DNA of 64,000 nt from contig JAXMNT010000016.1 in NCBI GenBank assembly GCA_034670305.1, positions 1-64,000 of the forward strand, written 5' to 3'. The translations under genes and the position numbers were made by a program. This DNA is from Deltaproteobacteria bacterium. GTDB lineage: Bacteria > Myxococcota_A > Polyangia > Polyangiales > Houyiibacteriaceae. A model generated the notes under the pieces. It did no database searches and was not told the DNA's origin. It saw nothing but the letters and a program-made list of their open reading frames with translations. Shown here one piece after another: positions 1 to 10,527 of this stretch; the stretch's first letter is position 1; each line of letters starts with the position of its first letter.

Positions 1-1
1 A

Positions 2-70
2 CGGGCTCTCGCCCACCTCGAGCAGGTCGTCGCGATGCTCGTCGCGCTGATCAAGCGATCTGACCGCTGA
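2..70 (+). CDS. 3' end of a gene truncated by the window edge, possibly a four-helix-bundle (TIGR02436/IVP-like) protein
   Basis: Frame 2 reads RALAHLEQVVAMLVALIKRSDR-stop, resembling the 'IVAMLxxL' C-terminus of four-helix-bundle proteins; followed by a GGCAAG-type hexamer run. Only 22 codons visible. Confidence 0.4.
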   Translation, partial: RALAHLEQVVAMLVALIKRSDR

Positions 71-75
71 TCCGC

Positions 76-113
76 GGGCAAGGGCAAAGGCAAGGGCAGG
101 GGCAAGGGGCAGG
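76..113. repeat. Degenerate GGGCAA/GGGCAG hexamer run between convergent genes
   Basis: gggcaagggcaaaggcaagggcaggggcaaggggcagg seen directly. Confidence 0.7.
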
Positions 114-138
114 CTGCGAGAACGCCGAACCGCTCCGT

Positions 139-1554
139 TCAGAGAATGAACTTGGCGAGCTCTTCGTTGCCGAGGATCGGCTCGAGTTTCGCTTCCACGT
201 ACGCGCGGTCGACGGTGATCGTCTGTCCGCCCATCTCGCTGGCTTGAAACGAGAGTTCCTCGAGCAGCGCTTCCATGACGGTGTGCAGACGGCGCGCACC
301 GATGTTCTCCGCCATGTCGTTTGCGCGCGCGGCGTAGGAAGCGAGCGCGTCGAGCGCGTCTTCTTTCAGCTCCAGCGTCACCCCTTCGGTCTTCATCAGC
401 GAGATGTACTGACGGGTCAGGGAGTTGCGGGGCTCCTTGAGGATGCGCGCGAACTCGGCTTCGCCGAGCGTCTCGAGTTCCACCCGGATCGGGAACCGGC
501 CCTGAAGCTCCGGAATGAGATCGGACACGCTCGACACGTGGAACGCGCCCGCCGCGATGAAGAGGATGTGATCGGTCTTCACGGGGCCGTACTTCGTCGA
601 GACGGTGGACCCCTCCACGATGGGCAAGAGATCCCGCTGGACCCCTTCTCGAGAGACGTCGGGCCCACCCGAGGCGCCTTGCCGCGATGCAACCTTGTCG
701 ATCTCGTCGAGGAACACGATGCCGTGTTGTTCTGTCTTCTGGAGCGCGCGGCGTTGCACAGAGTCGAGATCGATCAGCTTCTTGGCTTCCTCGTCTTCGA
801 TGAGTTTGCGCGCGTCGGGCACCTTCACCTTCCGGCGTTTGGTCTTGCCCTGAAATCCGGGCACCTGGCTGAGCATGTCTTTGAGGTTGAACTCCTCCAT
901 GCCCTGCGCGCCGAAGATGGTCATGAACGGGTTGCCGGTGTCCGCGACGTCGAGTTCGAGCGTCTCATCGTCCATCTCTCCTGCCCGAAGTCGATCCCGG
1001 ATCGCGTCGAGCCGATCGCTCGGGTGCTGTGGACGGGGCTGGCCCTGGGGCTGTTGAATGACGAACGGACCGAACATCTGGCCGGGCTTCGGCCCCTGCT
1101 GCATCGGGGGCGGCTGCTGCGGCAGGGGTTCGAACTTGTCGACGAGCAGCTTCACGAGCCGCTCCTCGGCGTGTTCGGTGGCCCTCGCTTTGACCCGATC
1201 CATCTCTTCCCGCTGGACGAGCTGGAGCGCGCCTTCCACCAGATCCCGGATCATCGATTCGACGTCGCGCCCGACGTAGCCGACCTCGGTGAACTTGCTG
1301 GCCTCCACCTTCACGAACGGCGCTTTGGCGAGCTTGGCCAGGCGGCGCGCAATCTCGGTTTTGCCGCAGCCGGTGGGCCCGATCATGATGATGTTCTTTG
1401 GTGCGATCTCGTCCCGCAGCTCGGGCGGCACCTGCTGTCGGCGCCACCGGTTGCGAAGCGCGATGGCGACCGCGCGTTTGGCGGCGTCTTGGCCGATGAT
1501 GTAGCGGTCGAGCTCGCTGACGATTTCGCGGGGCGTAAACGCGGTTTCAGTCAC
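139..1554 (-). CDS. hslU: ATP-dependent protease ATPase subunit HslU
   Basis: [17 protein letters not shown]-terminus, Walker [49 protein letters not shown]; overlaps the hslV stop. Confidence 0.98.
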   Translation of the reverse strand: MTETAFTPREIVSELDRYIIGQDAAKRAVAIALRNRWRRQQVPPELRDEIAPKNIIMIGPTGCGKTEIARRLAKLAKAPFVKVEASKFTEVGYVGRDVESMIRDLVEGALQLVQREEMDRVKARATEHAEERLVKLLVDKFEPLPQQPPPMQQGPKPGQMFGPFVIQQPQGQPRPQHPSDRLDAIRDRLRAGEMDDETLELDVADTGNPFMTIFGAQGMEEFNLKDMLSQVPGFQGKTKRRKVKVPDARKLIEDEEAKKLIDLDSVQRRALQKTEQHGIVFLDEIDKVASRQGASGGPDVSREGVQRDLLPIVEGSTVSTKYGPVKTDHILFIAAGAFHVSSVSDLIPELQGRFPIRVELETLGEAEFARILKEPRNSLTRQYISLMKTEGVTLELKEDALDALASYAARANDMAENIGARRLHTVMEALLEELSFQASEMGGQTITVDRAYVEAKLEPILGNEELAKFIL

Positions 1555-2090
1555 AGCTCCTCCAGGACGACCGAGTTGTTGGTGTAGACGCAGATCTCCG
1601 CGGCGATGAGCAGCGACTCGCGGGCGATGTCCGCAGCCGGCTTGTCGGTGTGCCGGGCGAGCGCCCGCGCAGCCGCGAGCGCAAACGGGCCGCCCGAACC
1701 GATGGCCACCACGCCTTCGTCGGGTTCGACGACGTCCCCGGTGCCGCTCAGCAAGAGCGTCATCTCCGCGTCCATGACGATCATCATCGCTTCGAGCCGG
1801 CGCAGGTACCGATCGGTGCGCCAGTCCTTCGCGAGTTCCACTGCGGACCGGAGCAGGGTGCCGCGTTGCTCCTTGAGCTTGGACTCGAACCGCTCGAGCA
1901 GGGTGAAGGCATCCGCGGTGGCGCCGGCAAACCCCACGAGGACCTTGCCGTCGTGGATGCGGCGGACCTTGCGCGCGCCACTCTTCAGCACCGTCTGTCC
2001 GAAGGAGACCTGGCCATCTCCCGCCATGGCGGCTTGGCCATCCCGACGCACCGCAACCACGGTCGTCGACCGAAACGCACGTTTGCTCAT
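1551..2090 (-). CDS. hslV: ATP-dependent protease subunit HslV
   Basis: TTVVAVRR (catalytic Thr), [41 protein letters not shown] at 2090 chosen over the longer ORF. Confidence 0.97.
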   Translation of the reverse strand: MSKRAFRSTTVVAVRRDGQAAMAGDGQVSFGQTVLKSGARKVRRIHDGKVLVGFAGATADAFTLLERFESKLKEQRGTLLRSAVELAKDWRTDRYLRRLEAMMIVMDAEMTLLLSGTGDVVEPDEGVVAIGSGGPFALAAARALARHTDKPAADIARESLLIAAEICVYTNNSVVLEEL

Positions 2091-2239
2091 GCGCGGCGGT
2101 GTAGCACCTGCTGCCGGGAACGCCGAGAACCGATCGGGCATCCGGGAGTCCGCGCGCTTCGGCGAACCTCCGGATGCCGTCTGTTCAGAAGGTTCCGCTC
2201 AACGCGAGACCGCCTGGGTTCACTCCCAAACGCAGCTGT

Positions 2240-3196
2240 CTAGTCGTCGTCGGGTGCGCCGGCGAGCGGGTGCGACTTGTCGTAGACCTCGAGCAGTCGA
2301 TCGACGCTGACGTGCGTATACCGTTGCGTGGTCGTCAAACTGACGTGACCCAGCAGCTCTTGGATCATCCGCAAGTCCGCGCCCGCGTCGAGCAGGTGCG
2401 TGGCGCAGGTGTGCCGCAACGCGTGCGGGTGCAGATCGCTTCGCCCGGCACCGAGCCCACCGTAGCGGCGCACGATGTGTTGCACCTGGCGTGTCGTGAG
2501 CGGCTTGCCTCGGCGGCCGAGAAACAGCCTCGACGGATCCGGCGGGTCCTTCTTGGTCCTCAAGCGCGGACGAACCACGAGGTAGGCGGCGAGCGCTTCG
2601 AAAGCTTCGCCCCCGATGGGGATGCGGCGCTCCTTGTTGCCTTTGCCCACCACCCGCGCCGTGCCGTCGACCAGGTCCAGTTGATCGAGCCGCAGCGAGA
2701 CCAACTCCGACACGCGCAGCCCCGCGCCGTAGAGCAGCTCCAACATCGCCCGATCTCGGAGCTGGAGCGGTTCGGGCCGAGCCGTGTCCGCGCTCGGCGC
2801 TTCCACGACGTCGTTGGCTTCACCCACCCCGAGGAAACGCGGGAGCTTCGTCGGCTTCTTCGGCCCGACGAGCAACGCCGCCGGGTTCTTCTTCACCAGG
2901 CCGCGTCGACGAAGGAACTTGTAGAAGCTGCGGAGCGACGAGAGCCGGCGACCGATGCTGGCGGGTTCGAGGACGCCGAAGAGAGAGGCGATGTACGAAC
3001 GAAGCGCGTGCAGCTCGAGGCGGCCGGCGTCGAGCGGCCACCCCTTGGCCTCCAGGAACGCGCTCAGCGCCTCCAGATCGCGCCGGTACGCATCGAGGGT
3101 ATGGACCGACGCCCGCTTCTCCCCCTCGAGGTACGCGAGGAACGCATCCCGTTGCCGATCGAACGGCGAGGTCGTGTGCTGAGGTTCCGCACCCAC
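2240..3196 (-). CDS. xerC: Tyrosine recombinase XerC
   Basis: HTLDAYRRDL, RDRAMLELLYGAGLRVSEL, GKGNKER, HPHALRHTCATHLL, IQELLGH, TTQRYTH; adjacent to hslVU as is typical. Confidence 0.93.
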   Translation of the reverse strand: MGAEPQHTTSPFDRQRDAFLAYLEGEKRASVHTLDAYRRDLEALSAFLEAKGWPLDAGRLELHALRSYIASLFGVLEPASIGRRLSSLRSFYKFLRRRGLVKKNPAALLVGPKKPTKLPRFLGVGEANDVVEAPSADTARPEPLQLRDRAMLELLYGAGLRVSELVSLRLDQLDLVDGTARVVGKGNKERRIPIGGEAFEALAAYLVVRPRLRTKKDPPDPSRLFLGRRGKPLTTRQVQHIVRRYGGLGAGRSDLHPHALRHTCATHLLDAGADLRMIQELLGHVSLTTTQRYTHVSVDRLLEVYDKSHPLAGAPDDD

Positions 3197-3240
3197 GGGA
3201 CCACCCTACCCGCTCGGTCGGGCCAGGCGAAGAGAGTGCG

Positions 3241-5544
3241 CTACTTGAGGCGTTCGCCGGGATCCAAGAACGCGATCGGCGCGGCGAGGCATTCGTCCGG
3301 GATGCCGAACGCTTCGCAGAACCCGAGCGCGTTCGAACCCACTTCGTCGATCAGCTCGTCGACCTCGTCGCGGATGGCGGTCGCTTTGGCGCTCTCGAAG
3401 ATGTCGTTCTCGAGGAACCAACCCACGTCCGCTTCGATCCGCCACAGGCCAAACAGATCCAACGCCTGATCGAGTGCCGCGCGGACCTGCGTGTCCTCGG
3501 CCGCGGAAACGCCATCGGCGAACGCGTCGAAGACCAGCCGCTCCATCGTGGCCCGCGCCATCGCGAGCACGTGGTTCTGCACTCCGAGGAACGCGTCCGC
3601 TACGTTCATGCCCGACTTGGTGCGCGACTGAATGCGGCGCGCGACCGACTCCACCAGCGACGACTCGCGCAGCTCGAGGGCGCCGCGCACGAACTCGCGG
3701 CTGCGAAGGTGTTCTTCGCTTCGAAGCCGCCGCGCGATCGGGTTGCTCTGGTTCCAGTGGCGCCCGGCTTTGTCCGTGATGAAACGAAGCACGCCAAGGA
3801 CCTGGGAATCGCGGAACTGACGCTTGAAGTCGCTGAGGCGTGCCTTGGCGACGAGCTGCAGGAGCACTGTGTTGTCGCCCTCGAAGGTGGTGAACACGTC
3901 GCTGTCGCTCTTGAGCGGACCGATGCGGTTGGCGGCCAGGTACCCCTGCCCGCCGCACGCCTCGCGACATGCTTGAAGCGACATGGTGGCGTGGTCGGTG
4001 CCGAACACCTTGGCCGCCGCCGCGAACATCTCGACCTCGCGGGAGTCGCCGCCCGGTTCTTGGTCGAGGAACATGCGCCGCGCCTTGGCCACCGCGAAGT
4101 GGGCGGCCAGGCCCTGCGCCAACATCGGCACCAGCCGCCGACGATGCGCTGGGTACTGCCACAGCCGCATCTCCGGCTTGCCGGGTTCGCCGAACTGCCG
4201 GCGCGACGCGCCGTACCGGAGCGCGATGGCGAGCCCGACCTTCGACGCACTGACGCTGCCCGAAGCGACGCACACCCGGCCCGCGACGAGTGTGCCGAGC
4301 ATGGTGAAGAAACGGCGGGACTGGCTCGGGATCGGACTGGCGTAGGCGCCCTCGTCGGTGATGCTCCCGTACCGGTCGAGCAGGTTGTCGCGCGGGACGC
4401 GCACGTGGTCGAACCAGATCCGGCCGTTGTCCACGCCGTTGAGCCCGAGCTTGTAACCGCAGTCCCCGAGTCGAACCCCTTCGGTCGGGTTGCCTTCGTC
4501 GTCGCGGATGCGAACCAGGATCGCGTGCACGCCGTGGGTCTCGCCATTCACGACCAGCTGCGCGAACACGGTCGCCATCTTGGCGTGGAGCGCTGCGTTT
4601 CCGATCCACTCCTTGCGGGCCGACTCGCTCGGCGTGTGCACGACGATCTCGTCGGTCTCGGGATCGTAGGTGGCGGTGGTCTCGAGCCCCATCACGTTCG
4701 AGCCGTGGCCGAGCTCGGTCATGGCGAAGCAACCCGGCAACTTCAACGAAGCGATGTCCCGCACGTAGGCGTCGTGGTGCTTCTTCGTGCCGAGGAAAAA
4801 CACACTCCCGCCGAACAGACCGAAGTGCACCCCCATCTTGACCAAGAGATCGAGGTCCCCATATCCGAGCGTCTCGAACGCGGCCATGAACGGGCCCATG
4901 TTCTCGTCCTCGCTGGTGATCCCAGGGTACGCCATCGCGCCGATGCCGCGGTCGGTGAGGATCTGGAGGAGTTCGAGCACGCGCTCGCGCCGTTCTCCGT
5001 AGGGCCGGGTCCGGTCGAGCCGGTGCGCGGGGTCCGCCAGAAATGTGCGCGCGATGGTCCGGGCTTCCATCCACTCGGGTTCGAGCGCGGCGCGCATCGC
5101 GTCTGGATCGAACCGCGCGTCGAACGCGGGCGCCGGCGGTCCCGACTCCGCGCCATCGGACGCGCCGGCCGCACTGAACAGGGCCGCTACCGACAACCCC
5201 TCGAGCCCGAGCGCTTCGACGACCGATGCGAAGGCGGCCGCGTCTTGCGTCGAGAGCGCACCGGCCATCGCGGCGATCGAATGCCGTTCCGACTCCGCGA
5301 GCGTCGCGGCCGAGGTGCGCGTCGCCGCAAGCCATGATTGAAGTTGCTGCGGAGAGGGCGGGGCATCCACGTCCAGCCACGCCGCGAGCTGCGTCCGCGC
5401 CTTCGCATCGAGCCACGGGCTCTCGACGATGCGCTGTTGCAACGCGCCGACTTCTTCCCGCGTCAGATCACCATCCGCCCACGCGAGGTAAAGGATGGGG
5501 AGAAACGGTCGGAGCTGCGGATCCTGCAATGCGGCGTCGGTCAT
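3241..5544 (-). CDS. Acyl-CoA dehydrogenase/oxidase with an extra N-terminal domain
   Basis: GCFAMTELGHGSNV, KEWIGNA, GLNGVDNGRIWF, REACGGQGY, TTFEGDNTVL are acyl-CoA oxidase/dehydrogenase motifs. Start uncertain (5544/5556). Confidence 0.88.
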   Translation of the reverse strand: MTDAALQDPQLRPFLPILYLAWADGDLTREEVGALQQRIVESPWLDAKARTQLAAWLDVDAPPSPQQLQSWLAATRTSAATLAESERHSIAAMAGALSTQDAAAFASVVEALGLEGLSVAALFSAAGASDGAESGPPAPAFDARFDPDAMRAALEPEWMEARTIARTFLADPAHRLDRTRPYGERRERVLELLQILTDRGIGAMAYPGITSEDENMGPFMAAFETLGYGDLDLLVKMGVHFGLFGGSVFFLGTKKHHDAYVRDIASLKLPGCFAMTELGHGSNVMGLETTATYDPETDEIVVHTPSESARKEWIGNAALHAKMATVFAQLVVNGETHGVHAILVRIRDDEGNPTEGVRLGDCGYKLGLNGVDNGRIWFDHVRVPRDNLLDRYGSITDEGAYASPIPSQSRRFFTMLGTLVAGRVCVASGSVSASKVGLAIALRYGASRRQFGEPGKPEMRLWQYPAHRRRLVPMLAQGLAAHFAVAKARRMFLDQEPGGDSREVEMFAAAAKVFGTDHATMSLQACREACGGQGYLAANRIGPLKSDSDVFTTFEGDNTVLLQLVAKARLSDFKRQFRDSQVLGVLRFITDKAGRHWNQSNPIARRLRSEEHLRSREFVRGALELRESSLVESVARRIQSRTKSGMNVADAFLGVQNHVLAMARATMERLVFDAFADGVSAAEDTQVRAALDQALDLFGLWRIEADVGWFLENDIFESAKATAIRDEVDELIDEVGSNALGFCEAFGIPDECLAAPIAFLDPGERLK

Positions 5545-5607
5545 GGGCGAGAGCATACCCAAACCCCTGCCCAGCCCGAAGCACGGCGGAACGACTCCGC
5601 GTCGGCA

Positions 5608-6522
5608 CTACCGCCTGCGCACGTACGCCCCTTCCCGCGCTTCGATCCACCCGAGCACGACCAACTCCAGCAGCGCGCTCTGCACCTCGCGCACCGGCAT
5701 TCCGACCGCCGCACACAATGCGTCGCAGGTGCGCGGGGTGGAGGAGAGTTGCTCGAGCACCCGGCGCAGAGGCGGTGACAGTTCCTGCCCATGATCTCGG
5801 GCCCCGCTGGCCAGCGTGGGTTCGCTGGCAGGCGCGGGTCCGGCGGAAGTCGCGCGGGCTCCTCGGGCCTTTGGCTTCGACGGGACCGCCAGCCCGAGGA
5901 CCCGTCTCACGTCGTCCGCGTCACGGCAGAGCACCGCCCCGCCGGCCAGCAGATCCAGGTTGCCCGCGCCCCGGAGATCCCAGGGCGCAGCCGGCAGGGC
6001 GAGCACCGTGCGTCCGAGCGCGCGGGCATGGCGCGCGGTGTTCAAAGCGCCGGAGCGCCGCGGCGCCTGCACGACGACCACCACCTCAGCGAGCGCCGCG
6101 ATGATCCGATTGCGGCGGAGAAAACGCCCACGGTGGGGCGGCACGTCGCGGTATTCGCTGACGAGGGCCCCACTCGAAGCGACCTCCGCGAACAGGTCCG
6201 CGTGGCACGTCGGGTACGCCCGCTCCACGCCGTTCGCGAGCACCGCCACCGTCGGCAAGCCCACCTCCAGCGCGGCCTGGTGGGCGGCTGCGTCGACCCC
6301 CAACGCACCGCCGCTCACCACCGCCAGACCGAGGTCGCGAACCAAGCGCGCGGTGAATCGAAGCGCCTCCGGGTCGGCCCGGCGCGTGCCGACGATCGAG
6401 ACCCGCGGCCCTGGAGGGAGCACACCCACCACGAACAGTTCCGCAACTCGGGTCTTCAATCCGTCGAGGCCCGGGTCCCAGCCGACTTCTCCTGGTGCCA
6501 GACGAACGACGGAGAGGTCCAT
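5608..6522 (-). CDS. dprA: DNA-processing protein DprA (Smf)
   Basis: SIVGTR, VVSGGALGVDAAAH, FLRRNRIIAAL, SGALNTA and a C-terminal winged helix. Start 6522 or 6540. Confidence 0.92.
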   Translation of the reverse strand: MDLSVVRLAPGEVGWDPGLDGLKTRVAELFVVGVLPPGPRVSIVGTRRADPEALRFTARLVRDLGLAVVSGGALGVDAAAHQAALEVGLPTVAVLANGVERAYPTCHADLFAEVASSGALVSEYRDVPPHRGRFLRRNRIIAALAEVVVVVQAPRRSGALNTARHARALGRTVLALPAAPWDLRGAGNLDLLAGGAVLCRDADDVRRVLGLAVPSKPKARGARATSAGPAPASEPTLASGARDHGQELSPPLRRVLEQLSSTPRTCDALCAAVGMPVREVQSALLELVVLGWIEAREGAYVRRR

Positions 6523-6621
6523 GGGGATGCGCGGCAGCATGGGTCGTTGTCGCCCGCGCTTGGCGAGAGTTGTGCGGCGTCGCGGCTCGACCGGGGCCAG
6601 CCGCCAAGCCATGGTTTTGCC

Positions 6622-8049
6622 ATGTCGAACCTCGAATCGAGTGCGGTGGTGACGGTGGTCGGTGCCGGCCTCGCGGGCAGCGAGTGCGCCTGGCAGCTCG
6701 CTGAGCGCGGGGTGAACGTTCGGTTGCTCGAGCAGAAACCGAAGCGGCGGACGCCTGCGCAGCAGTCCGACTTCTTCGCCGAGCTCGTCTGCTCGAACTC
6801 GTTTCGCGGGGCGGGGCTGGCGAACGCGGTCGGACTGCTCAAGATGGAGATGCTGCGGGCGGGTTCGCTGATCATGCAGGTGGGGCTGGAAACGCGCGTG
6901 CCTGCGGGCGGGGCATTCGCCGTCGATCGCGAACGCTTCGGCCCAGAGGTGACGCGGCGGCTTCACGAACATCCGCGCATCGAGGTCGTCTGCGAGGAGG
7001 TCGATGCCCTGCCGAAGGCGCCCGAGGCGCACACGCCCTGGGTGATCGCCACCGGTCCCCTCACCACCGACGCACTCGCAGCCGATCTGGCCGCGACCGT
7101 GGGTCAGCAGCACTTGGCGTACTACGACGCGATCGCACCGGTGGTGGTCGCGGAGTCGATCCGCTGGGACGAAGTGTTCGAGAAGTCACGCTACGACAAG
7201 GGCGGCACATCCGACTACATCAACTGCCCGATGGACGAAGCGACGTACGATGCGTTCATCGCCGCCCTGCTCGCCGCCGATGTCGCAGGCGAGAAAGAGT
7301 TCGAGAAACTGAAGTACTTCGAAGGCTGCCTGCCGATCGAAGTCATGGCGTCGCGTGGAAGACTCACCCTCGCGTACGGACCGATGAAACCGGTTGGGCT
7401 CGAGGACCCGGAGACCGGCATCCGCCCATTCGCGGTGGTTCAGCTCCGGGCGGAAAACCGGGCGCGCACGTCGTTCAACCTCGTCGGCTTCCAGACCCGG
7501 ATGAAGTGGCCGGAGCAGAAGAAGGTGCTGCGCATGATTCCCGGCCTGCAAGACGCGGAGTTCGAGCGGCTGGGTTCGGTCCACCGCAACACGTTCGTGA
7601 ACGCGCCCGAAGTGCTCGACCCAGAGACACTCGCGCTCAAGGCGCGGCCGAACGTGTACCTCGCCGGCCAGGTGAGTGGGGTCGAGGGGTACATCGAGAG
7701 CGCGGGGTGTGGCTTGGTGATCGGCGCGATGCTCGGCGCCCGGCTTCATGGCGAGACGTGGGCCGAGCCGCCCGTCGAATGTGCGCTGGGCGCCCTGCTC
7801 ACCCACCTGCGCACGCCGCGGCCGGACTTTCAGCCGTCGAACGTGGTGTGGAGCCTGGTGCCTCCGCTCAAGGGGCGGCGGATCCGGAAGCGGCGCGAGC
7901 GGAGAGAGAAGCTTGGGCACCGGGCGCTCGAAGCGCTCGAGCCATGGCTGGACGCATCGGGCGCACGCGAGGTGCAGGCACGCTTCGAACCGGTGCCGGA
8001 CGCGGCCCTGTTCGAGTCCGAATCCGAAGCCGCGGCCAAGCAGCTGTAA
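6622..8049 (+). CDS. trmFO: Methylenetetrahydrofolate--tRNA-(uracil-5-)-methyltransferase TrmFO (Gid)
   Basis: VVGAGLAGSECAWQLA, ELVCSNSF, YYDAIAP, YFEGCLPIE, GPMKPVGL, LVGFQT, GSVHRNTF, AGQVSGVEGY. Confidence 0.97.
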   Translation: MSNLESSAVVTVVGAGLAGSECAWQLAERGVNVRLLEQKPKRRTPAQQSDFFAELVCSNSFRGAGLANAVGLLKMEMLRAGSLIMQVGLETRVPAGGAFAVDRERFGPEVTRRLHEHPRIEVVCEEVDALPKAPEAHTPWVIATGPLTTDALAADLAATVGQQHLAYYDAIAPVVVAESIRWDEVFEKSRYDKGGTSDYINCPMDEATYDAFIAALLAADVAGEKEFEKLKYFEGCLPIEVMASRGRLTLAYGPMKPVGLEDPETGIRPFAVVQLRAENRARTSFNLVGFQTRMKWPEQKKVLRMIPGLQDAEFERLGSVHRNTFVNAPEVLDPETLALKARPNVYLAGQVSGVEGYIESAGCGLVIGAMLGARLHGETWAEPPVECALGALLTHLRTPRPDFQPSNVVWSLVPPLKGRRIRKRRERREKLGHRALEALEPWLDASGAREVQARFEPVPDAALFESESEAAAKQL

Positions 8050-8086
8050 GCGCGAAGCAGCCGAAGCCGAAGCCGAAGCCTCGGGC

Positions 8087-10372
8087 TCAGTCGGTGGCGC
8101 GCGGGACGATGATGACGACCTGTTTCTCGTCGAGCACGGTGATGCCGTCGCCGATGACCTGGAGGGTCACGGTGAAGACCTGGTCCTCGTCGAGTTCGGC
8201 CACGGTGTCGTTGAACGCGATGATCGTGAAGCTCACGATCGTGCCTGGCGTGAGATCGACGAACGAGTCGAAGATGCTGTCGCCGTCGAGGTCGGCGACC
8301 GAGGGGGAAGGGGCACCCGGCGGCGGGGTCGCCGAACGAGGAATGGTCGCCTTGATGAAGTTGTTCGGATCTCCGACCACTCGGATGGAGACCGTGTCGA
8401 GACTGATCGAGGTGACGAGATCGTTGACCGCGTCCACCAATGTGTCTGCGAGACCGGAGCCGTTCTCGCGCGCGTCGAACACGAGCGGGCAGACTTCCGT
8501 CCCGTCGGCCAACATGTCCGGCGGCCGCGCCGAACCGGAGATCCCGGTGAAGCAGTCACCGCCGGTGGGCGGGATGTAGGTCTCGGTGTCGAGCGCGAGT
8601 TGCACGAGCTGCGCGCGCGCTTCGCTCCGACTCGCGACACCAATGAACCGCGCCGACAGAGCCCCGAACGCAGTCACGACGTCGTCGTGGTCGTGGGTCC
8701 CGGTGATGCCCATCGCTGCGTAATCCGCCGGGATGTGGCTCGTCGCGTCGGTGACGTGGATGACCATGGGGAACGCGTCGTCGCGGAATCCGACGCCGCC
8801 GCGCGTGCCCTCCGCGCCTGGCGTCGGGGTGAAGGGAGGTACGGCACCGCCGCGGAACGTGATGCCCTCCCCCGTCGCGATTTGGTAGAGCGCTTCGTAA
8901 CCGGATTCGGGAAGATCGGCGCCGCAGCCGAGCGGCATGTCGAGCACCCGGATGGCGCTGTCGACCCGACCGACCACCGTCGTGATGGGCTGAAGCAACT
9001 TGAACGGCTGGTCGGGATCGCCCGCCGCACCGCCGCAGTTCAGGTTGCCGAACGGGTTGATTGGGAAGTCTTCGTATTCGCTCACGCCGAACGCGGTGTC
9101 CGGAATGAACGCGCGGATGCCCGGAATCACCGAGGTCCGGATCGACGACTGGAGGTTGTTGATCTCGCCACTCATCGAGCCGGTGGTGTCCACGCTCACG
9201 TGGACATCCGCGCGCCGGATGTTGGTGTCGAAGGTGAGCGTGGCGGCCTTCTCGCCGCTGGGGTCGTCTTCCGGAAGGATGAAGAAGAACTCGGGGATCA
9301 TCGACGACGGGTCGCAGGGGTCGGTGCCCGCCGTGACCTCAGCCAGGTCCGTCTGGCCATCGCCATCGGTGTCCGGGTCGGTGGGATCCATACATCCCGA
9401 CTCGCCTTCGTCACGGTCGCTGACGCCATCCGCATCGGAGTCGAGGTCGCGGAAGTCCGGGATGCCGTCGCGGTCGGAGTCGACCGGCTGGGTGCCGGGG
9501 TCGCGGTCGCCCGCTTCGATGCGATCAGGGATGCCGTCGTCGTCGGAGTCGTTGTCGCGGAAGTCCGGGCGGCCGTCGCCGTCGGTGTCGATCCCCGACT
9601 CCGCGCCTTCGTCGATGTCCGCGATCGTGTCTCCGTCGGTGTCGGTGAGATCACGGATCGGAATGCAGCGCGACGTCCGGCAGACGCTGTCGCTCGGACA
9701 ACGCACCCCGCAGCCGCCGCAGTTGTCGTCGTTCATCTCGGTGTTGACGCAGGAGCTCGCGCAGTCGGTCGTGCCGCTCGGGCACTCGAGCACGCAGTCG
9801 CCCATCGAACAGCTTTCGTCGAGGCCGCAGAACCGCCCGCAGGATCCGCAGTTGCGGGGATCGACCGCGGTGTCCACGCAACTCTCGTCGCATCGATCGA
9901 GCGGCACGGGACAGGTGTCGGTGCAGCTGCCAGCGGAGCAGAATCCGGTGTCGCCGCAGGAGCGACCGCACGCACCGCAGTGAGACGGGCTCACGTCGAG
10001 GTCGACGCACACGTCGCCGCATACCTCGAGGGGGCAGGTGTCGGAGCAGCCGCCCGACGCACAGAACTGGCCAGGTCCACACGCGATGCCACAGCCCCCG
10101 CAGTGGTTGAGGTCCACGTCGAAGTCGACGCACTCGTCGCCGCACAACCCGAGCACGCCGGGGCACATCGGACCACCGTCGATCGGGCCGACGTCCGGTC
10201 GAGGCATCCCGGTATCCAAGCCCGGACCCACATCGATCCCAGGACCCGCGTCGAACCCACCACCATCGACCCCAGGACCGGTGTCGTCGCGTGAAAAGTC
10301 GTCGAGCCACCCCCGGCTGCCGCAGCCCACGGAGAGAAAAGTCAAAGCTGCCAACAAGAGGGAGACGCGCAT
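8087..10372 (-). CDS. Secreted/lipoprotein with Cys-rich repeats, DxDxDG Ca-binding repeats and a VWA-like domain (CglD-like architecture)
   Basis: Lipobox-like LSVGC; repeats CVDxxxxxxHCGxCGxxC; DTDGD/DSDDDG/DSDRDG repeats; VDTTGSMSGE (MIDAS-like) and PESGYEALYQ. Confidence 0.8.
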   Translation of the reverse strand: MRVSLLLAALTFLSVGCGSRGWLDDFSRDDTGPGVDGGGFDAGPGIDVGPGLDTGMPRPDVGPIDGGPMCPGVLGLCGDECVDFDVDLNHCGGCGIACGPGQFCASGGCSDTCPLEVCGDVCVDLDVSPSHCGACGRSCGDTGFCSAGSCTDTCPVPLDRCDESCVDTAVDPRNCGSCGRFCGLDESCSMGDCVLECPSGTTDCASSCVNTEMNDDNCGGCGVRCPSDSVCRTSRCIPIRDLTDTDGDTIADIDEGAESGIDTDGDGRPDFRDNDSDDDGIPDRIEAGDRDPGTQPVDSDRDGIPDFRDLDSDADGVSDRDEGESGCMDPTDPDTDGDGQTDLAEVTAGTDPCDPSSMIPEFFFILPEDDPSGEKAATLTFDTNIRRADVHVSVDTTGSMSGEINNLQSSIRTSVIPGIRAFIPDTAFGVSEYEDFPINPFGNLNCGGAAGDPDQPFKLLQPITTVVGRVDSAIRVLDMPLGCGADLPESGYEALYQIATGEGITFRGGAVPPFTPTPGAEGTRGGVGFRDDAFPMVIHVTDATSHIPADYAAMGITGTHDHDDVVTAFGALSARFIGVASRSEARAQLVQLALDTETYIPPTGGDCFTGISGSARPPDMLADGTEVCPLVFDARENGSGLADTLVDAVNDLVTSISLDTVSIRVVGDPNNFIKATIPRSATPPPGAPSPSVADLDGDSIFDSFVDLTPGTIVSFTIIAFNDTVAELDEDQVFTVTLQVIGDGITVLDEKQVVIIVPRATD

Positions 10373-10491
10373 GCCCGCAAAGTACGCCACTCCGCAGCCA
10401 GGGACCAGTCGGGTCCCCATGAATCCGGCACGTTCTGACCCGGCGGGGCACCGAACTCGACCGCACACTCACCATCCGGCCGAGCCAAGTT

Positions 10492-10527
10492 AAAAACAAA
10501 ACGCCTCGAGCAAGCTCGAGGCGTTTT
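10492..10527 (-). terminator. Rho-independent terminator ending a minus-strand transcript
   Basis: Minus strand reads CGCCUCGAG-CUUG-CUCGAGGCG followed by UUUUGUUUUU; perfect inverted repeat at 10498-10527. Confidence 0.88.

Noticed and set aside
2240-3196. Phage/ICE integrase marking a mobile element
   Set aside because: Size, motifs and hslVU context fit housekeeping XerC; no att sites or mobile cargo seen.
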